NCBI RefSeq assembly: GCF_027921745.1
Contig: NC_079240.1
Span: forward strand, 434,001-498,000
Length of the DNA stretch: 64,000 nucleotides
Reading direction: 5' to 3'
Source of the DNA: Schizosaccharomyces osmophilus
Lineage: Eukaryota
The position numbers were made by a program, and so were the translations under genes. This document shows, piece by piece, positions 24,169 to 37,276 of the stretch (its first letter is position 1; each line of letters opens with the position of its first letter). A model generated the notes under the pieces. The model did no database searches, had not been told where the DNA came from, and worked only from the letters and a program-made list of their open reading frames with translations.

Positions 24169-25077
24169 CTAATATATCTTTTTCTTTTCATCAACAGAAA
24201 ACTTACCAGGACCAGTGTTTACGAGATACAACAAACCACCAATAATAGAAAGCGTTTGAAAGAAGTCATAACGGTAAAAATCACGATGAGGGCTGTTTTT
24301 GGAAATGGACCAAAAACTGTTAATAATAAAGTTGGAGACTGAAAGAATTAAAACCAATATAGCTGCAAAGTATTTAGCCTTAAAGCCGATGACAACCATT
24401 GTACAAGCGGTTACGGAGAGTAAATGAACAAAAATACGGGTGTAGGTGATGCCACTTCCTTCCTTGGCTAAAAGGCCGATAAACATAAAAATAAGCAAAA
24501 CACGACCACCAAGTTGGAAATAAGTGCGTTTATTGTGCTCCGAAACAGCTGGCAAACCAGCAAACCGATTAAGACGGCGATGGATAAAGGTGTCGCTAGC
24601 TACGAGACAAAGACCGCCAATGACACTGACGTTTCGGAAGAACATCTCACCACTGCTAAGTAGGCCATAAGCGAAGGCTTGCAAAAGGGTCACAAACAAT
24701 AAAGAGCCGATAGCATAAGCTTGACGCTTTCTAAATACCACCATTGTCGAACCAACAAACATGAGGACTACACATAGGAAAAGCAACAAGGGGGCAGTTC
24801 CAAAACGGAAGCGGCGGTAGTCGCGCATATAAGAGACCTGGTCGGGCCACTGTGTAACAATTCGAATTGCATCTTCGAAATACGTAGCAACGATAAGGAA
24901 CCGACCCAAAATGGGCATGTAGGGACCCAAAGGAGTCAAAAAAATCTCTGCTTGTTCTACGACTTGAGATGCACGCTCTGAAAGTGTTCTTTGTCGAAGC
25001 CCATAGTTAGCGCGTGTTGCGTAAGACTCTTGGTTGACCGACAAAGGAATTGTGGAATATGGAGCACGTGAGGTCAT
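24169..25077 (-). CDS. erv29: SURF4-family COPII cargo receptor Erv29
   Basis: GRFLIVATYFEDAIRI, YDFFQTLSIIGGLL and C-terminal di-lysine DEKKKIY. Confidence 0.95.
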   Translation of the reverse strand: MTSRAPYSTIPLSVNQESYATRANYGLRQRTLSERASQVVEQAEIFLTPLGPYMPILGRFLIVATYFEDAIRIVTQWPDQVSYMRDYRRFRFGTAPLLLFLCVVLMFVGSTMVVFRKRQAYAIGSLLFVTLLQAFAYGLLSSGEMFFRNVSVIGGLCLVASDTFIHRRLNRFAGLPAVSEHNKRTYFQLGGRVLLIFMFIGLLAKEGSGITYTRIFVHLLSVTACTMVVIGFKAKYFAAILVLILSVSNFIINSFWSISKNSPHRDFYRYDFFQTLSIIGGLLYLVNTGPGKFSVDEKKKIY

Positions 25078-25919
25078 TTTCTCTTGTTTCTATCGGCGTC
25101 TGAGTTAATCAAATCCCTTTTTACTACTGTATCCGTTACTTTTGGTTAACTTTCCTTCTACAACGCCTGTTTGGACCTTTATTTTTGTGTTTTGAATATA
25201 GGAAAAGCGTAGGTTTCGATAATCACCATATCCTTAGCTTGTTGTGTCCATCGTCATATAAGGAATTCTTACCCACTTTAGCGTGGCTCCTTAAATGAAC
25301 CGATTTTGAAGGAAAGAAAGTATTCTAGTGCTCAGAAATGAAAGGAATAATTGTTTTGAATGGCATTTTCAAGTTTGCTGCTTGGGTATGCATCCCTTGA
25401 AGCGGTTTTCTACCGACTTTGGCCAGTGCCTTTCCATTCAAATGGAAGCGATCCTTAGCGATGGCACGAATAGAAAAAAGGATTCCTTAGAAACTAACTG
25501 AAGTAAAAGACAAGAATTATGAAATGGTTTCTTAACAAAAACTAGAACGCTGTATTGAATTTTGAAGGAAATATCTATCTCCTTCATATTACGATTTCGG
25601 CTTACTATAATATTGTCTTGAAGTCGTGATACTGTTGGACGTAGGATTTTGCTTTCTCATGTTGTGTTTGTCGAGTTGGATAAAAACTCCTATGTACTGA
25701 AACACGATCAGGATTAGGATTCAGATTGATTGTCCATACGGTTTGAACCCGAGTTGTTTGCAAGAAACCCTTTTGAACTCATTCTTCAAAACCTCGAGTT
25801 CAAATAGTATGGATTATGGGTTGTAGCCCTAGGATAAAAAAGCGTTGTTTTCTGTTTTTGATGCTTTTGGCTGCTTGCTTGGTCCAAATAAAAAAGAATG
25901 CAAAAAGGGAGTGAAAAAG

Positions 25920-26003
25920 TCTCTCGAGCCAGATTCGAACTAGCGACCAACCGGTATCATAGACATTACAGCCGGATGTGATAACCAACTACACCATCGA
26001 GAG
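25920..26003 (-). tRNA. tRNA-Tyr (GTA) with ~10-nt intron, copy 1
   Basis: Exact reverse complement of 26622..26705; T-tract terminator downstream. Confidence 0.93.
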
Positions 26004-26621
26004 AAGCGTTGAAATCAGGTTGAATTCAATTTATTTTAGGCTTATTGGAGCTAAATAAAAACACTAGAGGAAACTGATAATAACGTTTCCTACACCAATT
26101 ATTTTTACGATTTCTTTAAACCGTAGGAACTGTTTTCATTTCATAAAGACTGTCCTTTAAATCCTTAATTTCGGTCCCTGTCTGAAAGTGGTAATGAAGT
26201 TGGCTTTGTTTACAACAAATTAAAAAAAAAAAAAAAAAAAGATAAAATTTCACGACGGGAAATATTGCAAACGTATTCATAGTTTTATCTTTCATTCCTT
26301 TTTTTTTTTTAATTTTTTTTTTTTTTTTTTTTAAGGAAAAGACCCTAGGGTATGGTAACTTATCAAACTTTCCCTTGGTCGTTTCAAGTGCAGCTCATAA
26401 ATAAAATTATGACTCAAATGGTTCTCAAAGCGTCATGACGATTGTAGAAACCAATTCTCTTTTATTTTCTTAATTAAAAATTCCTTTCTGAAAAAGGCAC
26501 AGACAACTGCTAAATGAAAGCTAGAAACTGATCCCAACCCAAGCCAACGGCATTGGTGTCTTTCTTTTTGTTATTAAAAACCTTAACATATAGACTAAAA
26601 TTTGCTCAACTTTCAACAGTT

Positions 26622-26705
26622 CTCTCGATGGTGTAGTTGGTTATCACATCCGGCTGTAATGTCTATGATACCGGTTGGTCGCTAGTTCGAATCTGGCTCG
26701 AGAGA
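26622..26705 (+). tRNA. tRNA-Tyr (GTA) with ~10-nt intron, copy 2
   Basis: Acceptor stem CTCTCGA/TCGAGAG, D arm GGTGTAGTTGGTTATCAC, CCGG CT GTA A [TGTCTATGAT] A CCGG, T loop GTTCGAATC; followed by a T run. Confidence 0.93.
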
Positions 26706-26836
26706 TATTTTTTTACGACTTTTTTAAACCTTTTACTTATGGTAATTGAGGTATCCGTATTTCTACGACGTCCCTCTACTATTGGAATGTTCTACAAAGA
26801 CTACATGATGGATAAAACTACAATCGTGTTTGTCTA

Positions 26837-27355
<519 letters not shown>

Positions 27356-27984
27356 AGTGACCATGGTTGTTACTGTTCCGTATTGGGATTAACGCAAGAG
27401 AACGTATATGCAGTAAAAAACAACGAGCACGTTTGGTCAGAGATACCAAATCAAGGGAGGTTTCTTTGCCCCGCTGGATCGGGATCCAGTCAAACAAACT
27501 TGCCTTTTTAATATTAGCTCCCAGTGCTTTATCCCATGTTGCCTTTTCATCTCTCGTATACAGGATTCCCTCTTACGCAACGTATTGCGTTCTTCTACCG
27601 TAGTAAACAAAGTTGTTCCAATGGAGTTTTGGTACAATCGCTGCAAGCTTCATGACTTTATGATAGCTTTGGCAGACAAAAAATACCGTTGAATCATGTT
27701 TCTCGTCGAAGCGTACCTTTGAAGGCATGAAAAGTCGTGGAATCATCATCCAATGCCAATCAACCATTGGACCCAGTCATGATCCAACAAAAGCTATTCG
27801 CCATCCACAAAAAAAAGAAAAAGAAAAAGAAAACAGCATAAAAGGACAGGATGAATAAATACAGAATTTCCAAGTGTACAGGGCGTTCGTTAAGTTGTTT
27901 ATCGTGCATGTCGCTTCTCTTTGCATCGCACTATTTTGGTGATATTTACTATCAGAGGTTGCTCAATTCAACTTCACTTTTCCC

Positions 27985-28976
27985 ATGTTTTTGTTGAATT
28001 CTTTAAGAGGAATTACTCGCGGAAACCGGTCGAAAAAACATCAGAATAATTACAATTCCGGAAACTCATCACCAGGATCGCCGTTAAAAAAGAGCTCCAA
28101 TGTTCAATCGTCAAAAACAAACTCTCCTAGCTCGAATCAACCTCCTCTTTACTTGCTTCAACCATTTGTTCGAAACCATCTAGTAAAGGGAAACTTTCTC
28201 ACAATCGTATCTTTACCGAAATATGTGGATTTGGATGAATGGCTTGCTTTAAATGGTAGGTACTACTGCATTGACACCTCGTTCTTTGAAATGACTTGCA
28301 TCGCATGTTTAATCTTCATCAATGGGCTTTGAAGGATAAAAAAAGAGTATCATATTGACATCAATCCTAACTGCCCTCTCTTCTCTATGTCTTTAGGGGT
28401 GCTTTGTTGCTTTCTACGAAATTTCAGTACTAACGCGTCACATTTAGTTTATGAACTGTTTACTTATTTGAATCACTTCTATGATGTCTTTACTTCTTTT
28501 TGTACAGTAGATACTTGTCCCATAATGCAGGCAGGAACCCAGTATGTGTGCTTTTACTTTATAATTCTAGGAATCTATGTGTAACTAATCCTTCCTTGTT
28601 TAGCTTTGATTACAAATGGTTGGATAATAATCGGAAGCCTCTTTCTTTGCCAGCTCCCCAATATATAGAGTATGTCTTGGCCTGGATCGAAAATCGCCTT
28701 CAAGACCAAAACGTTTTTCCAACAAAAGCTGGCTTTCCCTTTCCTACTAACTTCCATGCAATTGTTCGATCTATTTACAAGCAAATGTTTCGAGTATTTG
28801 CTCACATCTACTACGCTCATTATGCTGAAATCCTTCATTTGTCTTTAGAAGCCCATTGGAATTCTTTCTTTGCTCATTTCATCGCCTTTGCGAAAGAATT
28901 CCATCTTTTAGATCCCCGTGACACGTTCCCTCTGAAAGACCTAATTTCGGTTTTAGAAGAGCAGGGCAATATATAA
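27985..28976 (+). CDS. mob2: MOR-pathway kinase activator Mob2, 3 exons
   Basis: LVKGNFLTIVSLPKYVDLDEWLALN, LPAPQYI, QMFRVFAHIYYAH and HWNSFFAHF (Mob1/phocein family). Introns 28256-28447 and 28542-28603. Confidence 0.93.
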
Positions 28977-29651
28977 TACCTTTTTGCTCTTCTGCATCGT
29001 TTCAATTCTTATGATCTAATACTTTTCTGATTTGTATTGTTTTATCGTCTTTATTTTCCTTTCTAGTCAGTTTTCTACAGAAACGACTCGATTTTTATTT
29101 TGCATCATGTCCAATTCTAATAGCCTAGTTTATAAGTATCTCAGAAAAATGGTTTCCTTGTTTGTTTTTGATACCCACTTATGAGCGTCTTTTTGTTTTC
29201 TTTTTTTTTTTGATGCTTTTTTTCATCACTTGTTTCTCATCCGCAATGTAGTCTCATTGTTTTATTAACCCTTAAGTTTGAAGAGATAGGTATTTTCTTT
29301 GAATGAAAAGAAGGTTTTGCCTCTGTGGATTCCTACGATTTTCTCATTTATCATCCGTTCGCATTTGGAGCTATTTTCGGTTTCATTACCTATAAATGTT
29401 CAGGTTTACGATTTTATAAACGCTGTTGTTTATTATATTAAGAGATTTCAGTAATCCTCTTGTTTTAGAAGTGAGGATAACAAAGGTAATATCTTTAATC
29501 AATATATAGTTCGGTGCATATTTACTATTTTTTATTGAAGAGTAAAAACTTTCATTTTTTGCGGATGTTTACTATCGACTTGAGATCGTAAAAAGGTAGC
29601 AATAGCACATAAAGGACAGTATTTCTATGGACAAGTAAAGGACAAACACTT

Positions 29652-30557
29652 TTAAAAGACGTACACTTGATCTTCAATCTTGGAGATTGGACGAGCCTTC
29701 TCGTATCCTAATGAGACGGTAGCTTGGCGAACAGCATTGACCATGGGTGTTGGTCCGCAGATGAGAATTTTTGAGTCAGCAGAAGGAGCGGGGAAGTGGT
29801 GCTTAATCAACTCTTCAGTAACGTAACCAACGGCGCCAGTCCAGTTTTCTGGTGGATTATTAAGAACATGCTCTACCGTAAATCTGGGATCCTTCTTAGC
29901 TAAAGCTTCAATTTCATCGCGAAGAATTATATCCTTTTCAGAAACATTTGCATATAAAAGAGTAATTTGAGTAGGATCTTCAGGATTAGAAAGAACGGCA
30001 CGGATAATCTGAAGCATAGGAGTGATACCAGTACCTCCAGCAATCATACCAAAATGGCGAGCAAGACCGACTTGATGCTTCCAATTTCCCTTGGGGCCTC
30101 GGACGCCAATCCTTTCACCTACTTTCAGCTCCGAAATCTTCTTACTGACGATGCCATCGGGATATGCCTTTACAAGCAAGTCAAAGTAACCTTTGTCAGC
30201 ATCTGAGGACAAGGGGGTATAAGATCGAGAATGCTGTTTTTCATCAACATCAACGACTACCGTTAAGTGCTGTCCAACTGGTAAACCAAGGACATCGTGA
30301 GAACGGGGAAGTCGGAAGCGATAAATTGCAGTGTTATGGTTTAAAACAGCTTTGTCACTTAATTCAAAGTATTGAATTTTATTATTCAAAACTCTTCGAA
30401 TACGTCCACGCCAAAACTTATGAAAGCCCAAGGCAAAGGCAAGTAGGACTGAATAACCTATCCATTCACGTTTTACCACAAACGTTCCGAAGACAATTAA
30501 AAATGCAGGAATATATACACCGTGCAAAGGAGTGCTTAAAAGTGATTCCTTCGACAT
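29652..30557 (-). CDS. cbr1: NADH-cytochrome b5 reductase Cbr1
   Basis: [25 protein letters not shown] and ICGP motifs; N-terminal membrane anchor. Confidence 0.93.
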   Translation of the reverse strand: MSKESLLSTPLHGVYIPAFLIVFGTFVVKREWIGYSVLLAFALGFHKFWRGRIRRVLNNKIQYFELSDKAVLNHNTAIYRFRLPRSHDVLGLPVGQHLTVVVDVDEKQHSRSYTPLSSDADKGYFDLLVKAYPDGIVSKKISELKVGERIGVRGPKGNWKHQVGLARHFGMIAGGTGITPMLQIIRAVLSNPEDPTQITLLYANVSEKDIILRDEIEALAKKDPRFTVEHVLNNPPENWTGAVGYVTEELIKHHFPAPSADSKILICGPTPMVNAVRQATVSLGYEKARPISKIEDQVYVF

Positions 30558-31201
30558 TTCTACTGTTTGAGATATGGCAATCTATATTGCACGTTAGTTT
30601 ATGATCTAGTGAAATAAATCATGTCAGGCGTTATTCCATCAGCTTTAAAATAATTTCAAACTAACAAAAAAATATTATGTACAAGAATAACTAATAATTG
30701 ATGGTCATTCGTCTCTATCTACATGTTTACTTACCTTGTGAGCAATTGGTACTGAGTAAGTAGTATATTTTTCCTATTGCCTTAAGTAAAAGTACAATCT
30801 GCTGATCTTACTTAATTACACCCAATGCTTTCTAAATGTTTACTAATTTTGTTTAAAGTTATTTACAATTTATAATTTTCTCATTGTAAATTCATTCTTT
30901 TATATCCTAATCATCCCGTAATATCCTGTGAAACAAAACAAAGAAAAGTAGCATAATAAAACATATCCAATTACAAGATTTGTAGTATTTGACAACATGA
31001 ATAGTTCGTATAAACATTGGATGTAATTTCCCTAAATGTCCAAAAGATCGTTAATCGCAACTGAAGAGCAATGAATCATTTCAGACGTAGAAGTATAATG
31101 GTAGTAAAAGTACTAATAGAAACCTTCAGATCTTTGTAAGTTACCTTCCGCAACCTAAGGTGTGTAAAAGAACGATGTGTACTTTAAAAGAAAGATACCT
31201 T

Positions 31202-32660
31202 CTAAAATAGTACGAGCAAAAAAAGCCCAAGGCTAATAGCCAACAGGATATAATGTTGCTTTTGAATTGTCAACTCTGTCACAGCATATGATGCCGTTAG
31301 CGTATACAAGCCAGCCATAGGATCCCCTGTTGAAGATCCGCCATCAGTACTATTAAAAATCTTAATGTTTTGAAGTAATAATGGGCCCTGTATTGCCTCC
31401 AACGCAGACAATTGCTCTCCCAAACCATAAAGCCCTGTGAAGGATTAACGCTTAGCTCGAAAAAGAAGACTTTACTTACCATCCCATGTATTATTCATCC
31501 ACCACCATTGGAAACCACAAGTGACACCATCGTTTCCTCCGCAGCAAGCTTCTGCTGCAGCAATGGCGGTTTTACTTAAATAAGTCTCAATCTTAGGAAG
31601 TGTGAACGGGGCCATGTGCGCAGTATACACCATGAATCGTGCCAAAAATCCTTTGAATGATGCTTGATCATAATTACAAGTGCGACTAAGCTCACAATCT
31701 GGTTCGTACAACACATCGTTACGAAAGAAGGAATCAATTGACTTGTTCACAAATCCTTCTGTCCTGGTTCTCCATATCGAAGACCCTGTCTAAAACTGCG
31801 TTAGAAGAAAAACAACAAAGAAAACGTACATAATTATACAGGAACGCCGTTCCAGCCATATACAAGCCACTATTGTAAGTCCATTCTGTCAGTTCAAGAG
31901 CCGAGCAATTATCTTTAATTGAAGTCCCGTCATATACAGAAAAATCGTCCTGGATAAATCCTACATTGGCACTCCAGTTGTACGCCTTTTCAGCCCACTG
32001 AGTATAAGTGTCGTTTCCGGTGAAACGTGCCAATCTCGCTGCAAGTTGAAAAAAGGCACCATTTGTCACAGAATTTTTATAATCATAGCCAGAATTGAAT
32101 TGGGTTATTTGCCATCTGATTCCTCCATTACAGTGACTATCGTCCCAGCGAGTAACCTGCTGGTTAAATACTGATTGAGCCAGTTCCAACCATTGTGGCT
32201 CATTAGCTTTTGGGTTACTAAAGTTCGATTCTGCAGCTGAAATTGCAGCAAGACCCCAAAAAGCCTGGTCGTCATTGCCTTCTGAGGTTGAGTAATTAGA
32301 AGGCATATAATCAGAATTTTCACCCGCTTGATATGACAAGCTTGTCTTTACGAGATTATTGTAGGTGGAGTTTCCGGTGGCTAAGTATGTATTCAGAAGA
32401 CCCTAAAATGGTTAGAATAAGTTCAATTTGCATCTTTCATTTCGTACATTCCAAGCAGCTCCCGCTTCCCACCAATACGCAGGAGGTAAAAACATCCCGG
32501 TTGTACCACCTTTCTCGTATCCTGCATAGTAATCTAGCATTCCATCCGCCACTAAACCCGTAGCTTCATCAACGGAAGAAACATCATGTGGGTCTATTTC
32601 GAATCCCTTGATACAGAGAATTGTAGTTAAAGAGAGTAAAAAGAGAGATAAACTAAACAT
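31202..32660 (-). CDS. GH76 (Dfg5/Dcw1-like) mannan endo-1,6-alpha-mannosidase, 4 exons
   Basis: Signal peptide, YWWEAGAAWN, catalytic GNDDQAFWG, YKNSVTNG, DQASFKGFLAR and hydrophobic C-terminal tail. Three GT-AG introns traced in frame. Confidence 0.9.
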
Positions 32661-33025
32661 ATTATAACTCTAAAAAGAATGTTCTTGTGAAAATTCGAAA
32701 CATGAGCCTAAGTTTGTTCGAAATGATACAAGGATGACTCAAACAAATGTCACACTTGAAGCAGGGCTAATCCCAAACATTAATTTCCTTATAAACTAAG
32801 GCCTTTATTCGTAATAATTTAAATAAGTTTGTAGAACGAATCGAAACAATATTTAGCCCATGTACCAAACAAGCATAAATGCCACGCTTTAGAACTCATA
32901 GCCGATTTGAGCTTAGGTTAAGTAAACATTACAGATGATTCTTCAAAATGATATGACGAGTAACAAAAAGGACCATATTAGGACGACCAAGGGCCAAGCT
33001 TACGATATTCTCAGTCAGTAAACAT

Positions 33026-33825
33026 CTAATGTCTAGTCCGTTTGATCCCTCTTTTAGTTTGTTTAGGTGAAAGAATACGATTCTCCTTCGATTCCAACGG
33101 CAATTGACTTATATTATTCCAAATAGATTCAATTGACTCTGAATGAGATTGACATTTCTCATACAATGACAGACAAAAAGATTTCAACTATGAAGAAAAT
33201 CAGTTAGCAAATAAACAATAAACAGATCTCCCATACCTTTAGAATATCTTCTTTAATCTCTAGGTCTACTTGGTATCGCGTTAAGCCTTCAGGATTCACG
33301 GTTTTGGCACCTATTTCGTAGCTTGTTTAAGTTAACGAATGCGTTCCTAGTATACTTACGCCGAAATCTTGTCCATTGTGAGGGTATACATATCTCTGTA
33401 TGATTAATACTTGACCAAAGAAGAAATGAGTCTACGTACCTTATATCATCCAAGTACCTAGGAGTGGAACGAAATACACAACCTATACTTGTATTGCATT
33501 TTGCACATTCTATTACAGAATATACACTGGATTCATGTTAGTAGTAAGTAGGCGTGATTCCTGAACCTACCAAAGTCCATCGTCTGAAGTTCGTAAAAGT
33601 TCTTCTATATCAAAAGTATTTTCTGCTAAATCTATAAAATTTGTTAAAACCAGTATACTCCGAAACCGTACCACTCAACGTAAAACTATTCATTTCCCGA
33701 TGCGATATCACCCACGCATTGGAATCGCCTACAATTTGAAGACAGTTTTTACATTGAAACACCGTCGGAGGAGATTCAAAATCGTTATTGACACTTTCTA
33801 CAGCATTTACTTCCGCTTCTGACAT
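33026..33825 (-). CDS. mis18: Centromere / CENP-A loading factor Mis18 (Yippee domain), 6 exons
   Basis: PTVFQCKNCLQIVGDSNAWV and, after splicing, ECAKCNTSIGCVFRSTPRYLDDIRDMY (two CxxC). Five introns traced in frame to a TAG at 33028-33026. Confidence 0.88.
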
Positions 33826-33946
33826 TGTCTATATTGGGCATATATCAAGACAGTTCTTGGTGTTCGTCTTAGCTACTAACTAATGGAATAATGTCTAGGT
33901 CAGAAACCAGTTTGAACCTTTATATATTCTCAATACAAAAAAAATT

Positions 33947-36895
33947 CTATTCATAATCTTTTAGCTCCTTTCGAAAAAATGTATACAGTGAGCGTCCTGC
34001 TTCAGGTCCGATAAGTTCAGACCATTTGCGCTCGTCTGTCTGGCACGCTTCCTGTATATTCTTTAAATCGCTATAAACAACATTCTTATAGTTTTTCATA
34101 GATATATAGGGAAGCCCCATTAATAAGTCAACTGGAGCTTGGTTGTAAGTGTTTGTGGAATCTTGACCAGCTTCCAAACCAATGGATGCTGCGACGGCTG
34201 GATCTGGCTCTTTTTCCAATACCTTTAAGTCTTGAAACATCAAGGATGTAGCATAAGCACTAGAAGACCAAAGGATTCGCAACTTAGGAAACGCAAGCGT
34301 TAAAAGCACCAACTTGGATTGTACATCTGATTTACCAATTTCAGTTGAAAGATCCGAAAACGGCTATTATGTTAGAAAATGAAATTTAGGTTGTTTTGAA
34401 TTACATACAGGAGAAGTAAACGTTTGATTTTGCTCATATTCGATTAGCAGCACGGGTATTTCATAGTGCTCTAGCATAGCTTCACACTGAGAATAAAGTC
34501 TACCACTACTCAACGATTGTATTAAGTCACGAATAGACTTCCTTTCAACACAAATATTTGGAGAAAGCACATAATCGCCGACCAGTATTTGACAGGGAAT
34601 AACAGAGAAGTTGTTTCCATGCAATATGGATGGTAAAGAGCTTCGGAATTCTCGAAGATCCACCACTATCTACAGCTGTTAGTACAAAGTTAATAATAGG
34701 CTTGACATACCCTTGGTTTTTCATTTGTTACTGATACATGGCCTCCACCAGCAATTCGTGTGTTCACGTTTCTCAAAAATTTGGTTTCTTGGCCTTCAAA
34801 ACGTTCATTTTCTCCTGTAAGGATAATAGCCATGTTCTAAAAAAATTAGTTTAATTGCTCGAACTTTTTTATGACTTACTGATCGCTCCCTAATTAATTT
34901 GGAGAAGGAATCTTTCTCTCTTCTTACGGTATACAGGTATTTTTGTTCTTCAACGGATCCTCCATAATAAACGAAATATACTCGTGTTGCCCTTTGTGGA
35001 TAGGTAGCTTTATACACCTCAATCCTCCGGATGAAGTCAGGATCAGAATCGAACATTATAATGAATCGTGGGCGCAAAGTATTAAGGAGAAGGGTATCCA
35101 ATTCGTAGTTATAAGTATAAATATAAATGGAATTATTATCACTTAATACCTCAAAAGATTCATTTTCTTCCTGCGTATAAGTTGACTTCGATATTTGTGA
35201 GAGTAAACTAACTGTTAATAAGAAGAATAATTGAGAGACACTTACAGTCTTTCCAATCTTATATCATTGGAAAAATTTTCTTGAGTTACATTGCTTTCTG
35301 GAGTTGATCGAGACATAGCTGTGCCGCCTCCTCTTACTCTTCGTCGTTTAGAAGCAGGTGTACCCTTCCTGCTAGTTTCAGGTGTACTTTGCTTTTCTTT
35401 AGAGTTTTTTTCAATTTTGCTTATGGATTTGCTCATATTTCTGTATTGTTCACGCCATTGAAAATAGTCCATCAGTCGATTGTTCATCATTTTGAAGGAC
35501 TCTTTATTGTCGTAATGTATAGTACTTAAGTAGTCTCGTAATTGTAAGCAAGTACGTTCTTCCGAGCACATTATCAAAATTGAGTTCGTTGAGAAATCTA
35601 AAAGTTAACAGAAGACCTTATATCGGAAACATACCAGGGTCATTACTTTCATGGAGTACGTTTTCATGGCTTATTTCTTCTAAAACATCGCGCAAAACAG
35701 ACCACTTTGGCTGTTCTTCTAAAACAGGATAATACTCATCCATGGATCCAGCTGGAGAACGATAAACACGATCTCTAGCTATCCGAATCAATGTATTTGC
35801 GGAATCCAACATGAGCCACGGCGATGGTTGAGAATTACTAGAAAATCCCCCTGTGCGTACAGAAAGAATGATAGTATCCAAAATCTTAAGAAAGCTGACA
35901 CAATCGTAGGAGATTAGTGCAATTAAAAGAAATTTTAACGTTGAAAGGTCACCTACCAGTTGCTTAGTCTTAGGACTCACGCGATGCCAAACCGGATCAA
36001 GTTGACGACGAATAGTTACATCAAAGCTCTTGTGTAAAGCAGAATCAATGTTCCATTCTTCCATGTCGAGGTAAGCCGAGTTATATCTCCGTAGTTCTCG
36101 AACGGTAGCTTCAATACAAGAAAGTAGGCAAGATTGAATTGATTTCTGAGAATCTGTAAAATCGACATTTAGCTCGATAACGTCTGCTGGAGTCTTTTCT
36201 AAAGACTCGGTCACATCAACATGGAAACGAGGATAAATGAAGACATGGCGAAGAAACATGCATCTCAACGCATTGCTGAGAGCGTTAACTCCCATCAAAA
36301 ATCGTTCCGGATCATCACTAAAAGCTTTTATGAATCCAGTCCTGTTTTTCTCTCTATACAATCGTATTATGAAAGCCTCTGTTCCGGTTGAGACAATTCT
36401 GTGAAACGTCAGGTTAGTTGACAGAATTCAAATAAATAATACCTGTCTGCATGCAGCAAAACGATGCCCGTAATATTTTCTGTCGGGATTATCTGAGTTA
36501 ATAAATCCATCACCAAAATTCGACTGGTGACTGAAAAAATACCTCCCTCTTGGTATGCTTTTTCTCTATAATTTATTAGTTAGTTTATAAATCTTTTTAA
36601 CCTCAATGACCGACATGTTTACTTACCGTTTGTCTACAGACATAGTTTCTGTGTTTACAATTTGCAGACCTTTTCCCAACTCTTCTTCCAATTCTCGCTG
36701 TAATAGCTCATTATCGTTAAAATTGGCTCCGACAAGCAGAACTAAAGAATTTGGAATGGCAAAATAAGCTAAAACATTTGCTGCAATTTGAAGTAAAGAA
36801 AGGCCTGGTGCCATAACACAGAGTCCGTCCTCATTAATAACTTCATTAAATATTTTTTGTTGGTAGGATAGTGTTAGATGGAGAGGTACCTCCAT
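33947..36895 (-). CDS. rad16: XPF/Rad1 nucleotide-excision repair endonuclease Rad16, multi-exon
   Basis: GFIKAFSDDPE, LEEQPKW, RRIEVYKA...YYGGSVEEQKYL and nuclease motifs VDLREF...GDYVLSPNICVERKS; ATG 36895. Confidence 0.93.
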
Positions 36896-37276
36896 GTTTT
36901 TGAATGTCAGACCTTGAAAACGCAATTAATTGTAAATACTTGTAAGCGTGGATTTTAAGTCCCTCTAAAACGGTGCCTCAGGTAATGTATTCTTTCATAA
37001 GTATATTGAGAAACTACCCTTCAAATTATAAATGAAAAGTGTTTGTAAAACACGAGTTTTAGTGACAAGTAGTTAGTTTTACCGTGAATATGGTAACTTG
37101 ATGAATTCGCCTATTTTGTTCACGCAAGATAAAATAATGAGATATTCAGTTACATAATTAAATTTAATTCATATATTCTTTCTATAAGAAAGGTTTGTGA
37201 TGTACATTTAGATGCCATCATTGCTATCGCTGGCATTTTTGTAGCAGTGAAACTAGCAGTGAACCACTACATATAC

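Noticed and set aside
27474..27489. Palindrome CTGGATC-GG-GATCCAG between rpl36 and mob2
   Set aside because: Only 7 bp with a 2-nt loop; expected by chance in 64 kb and without other support.
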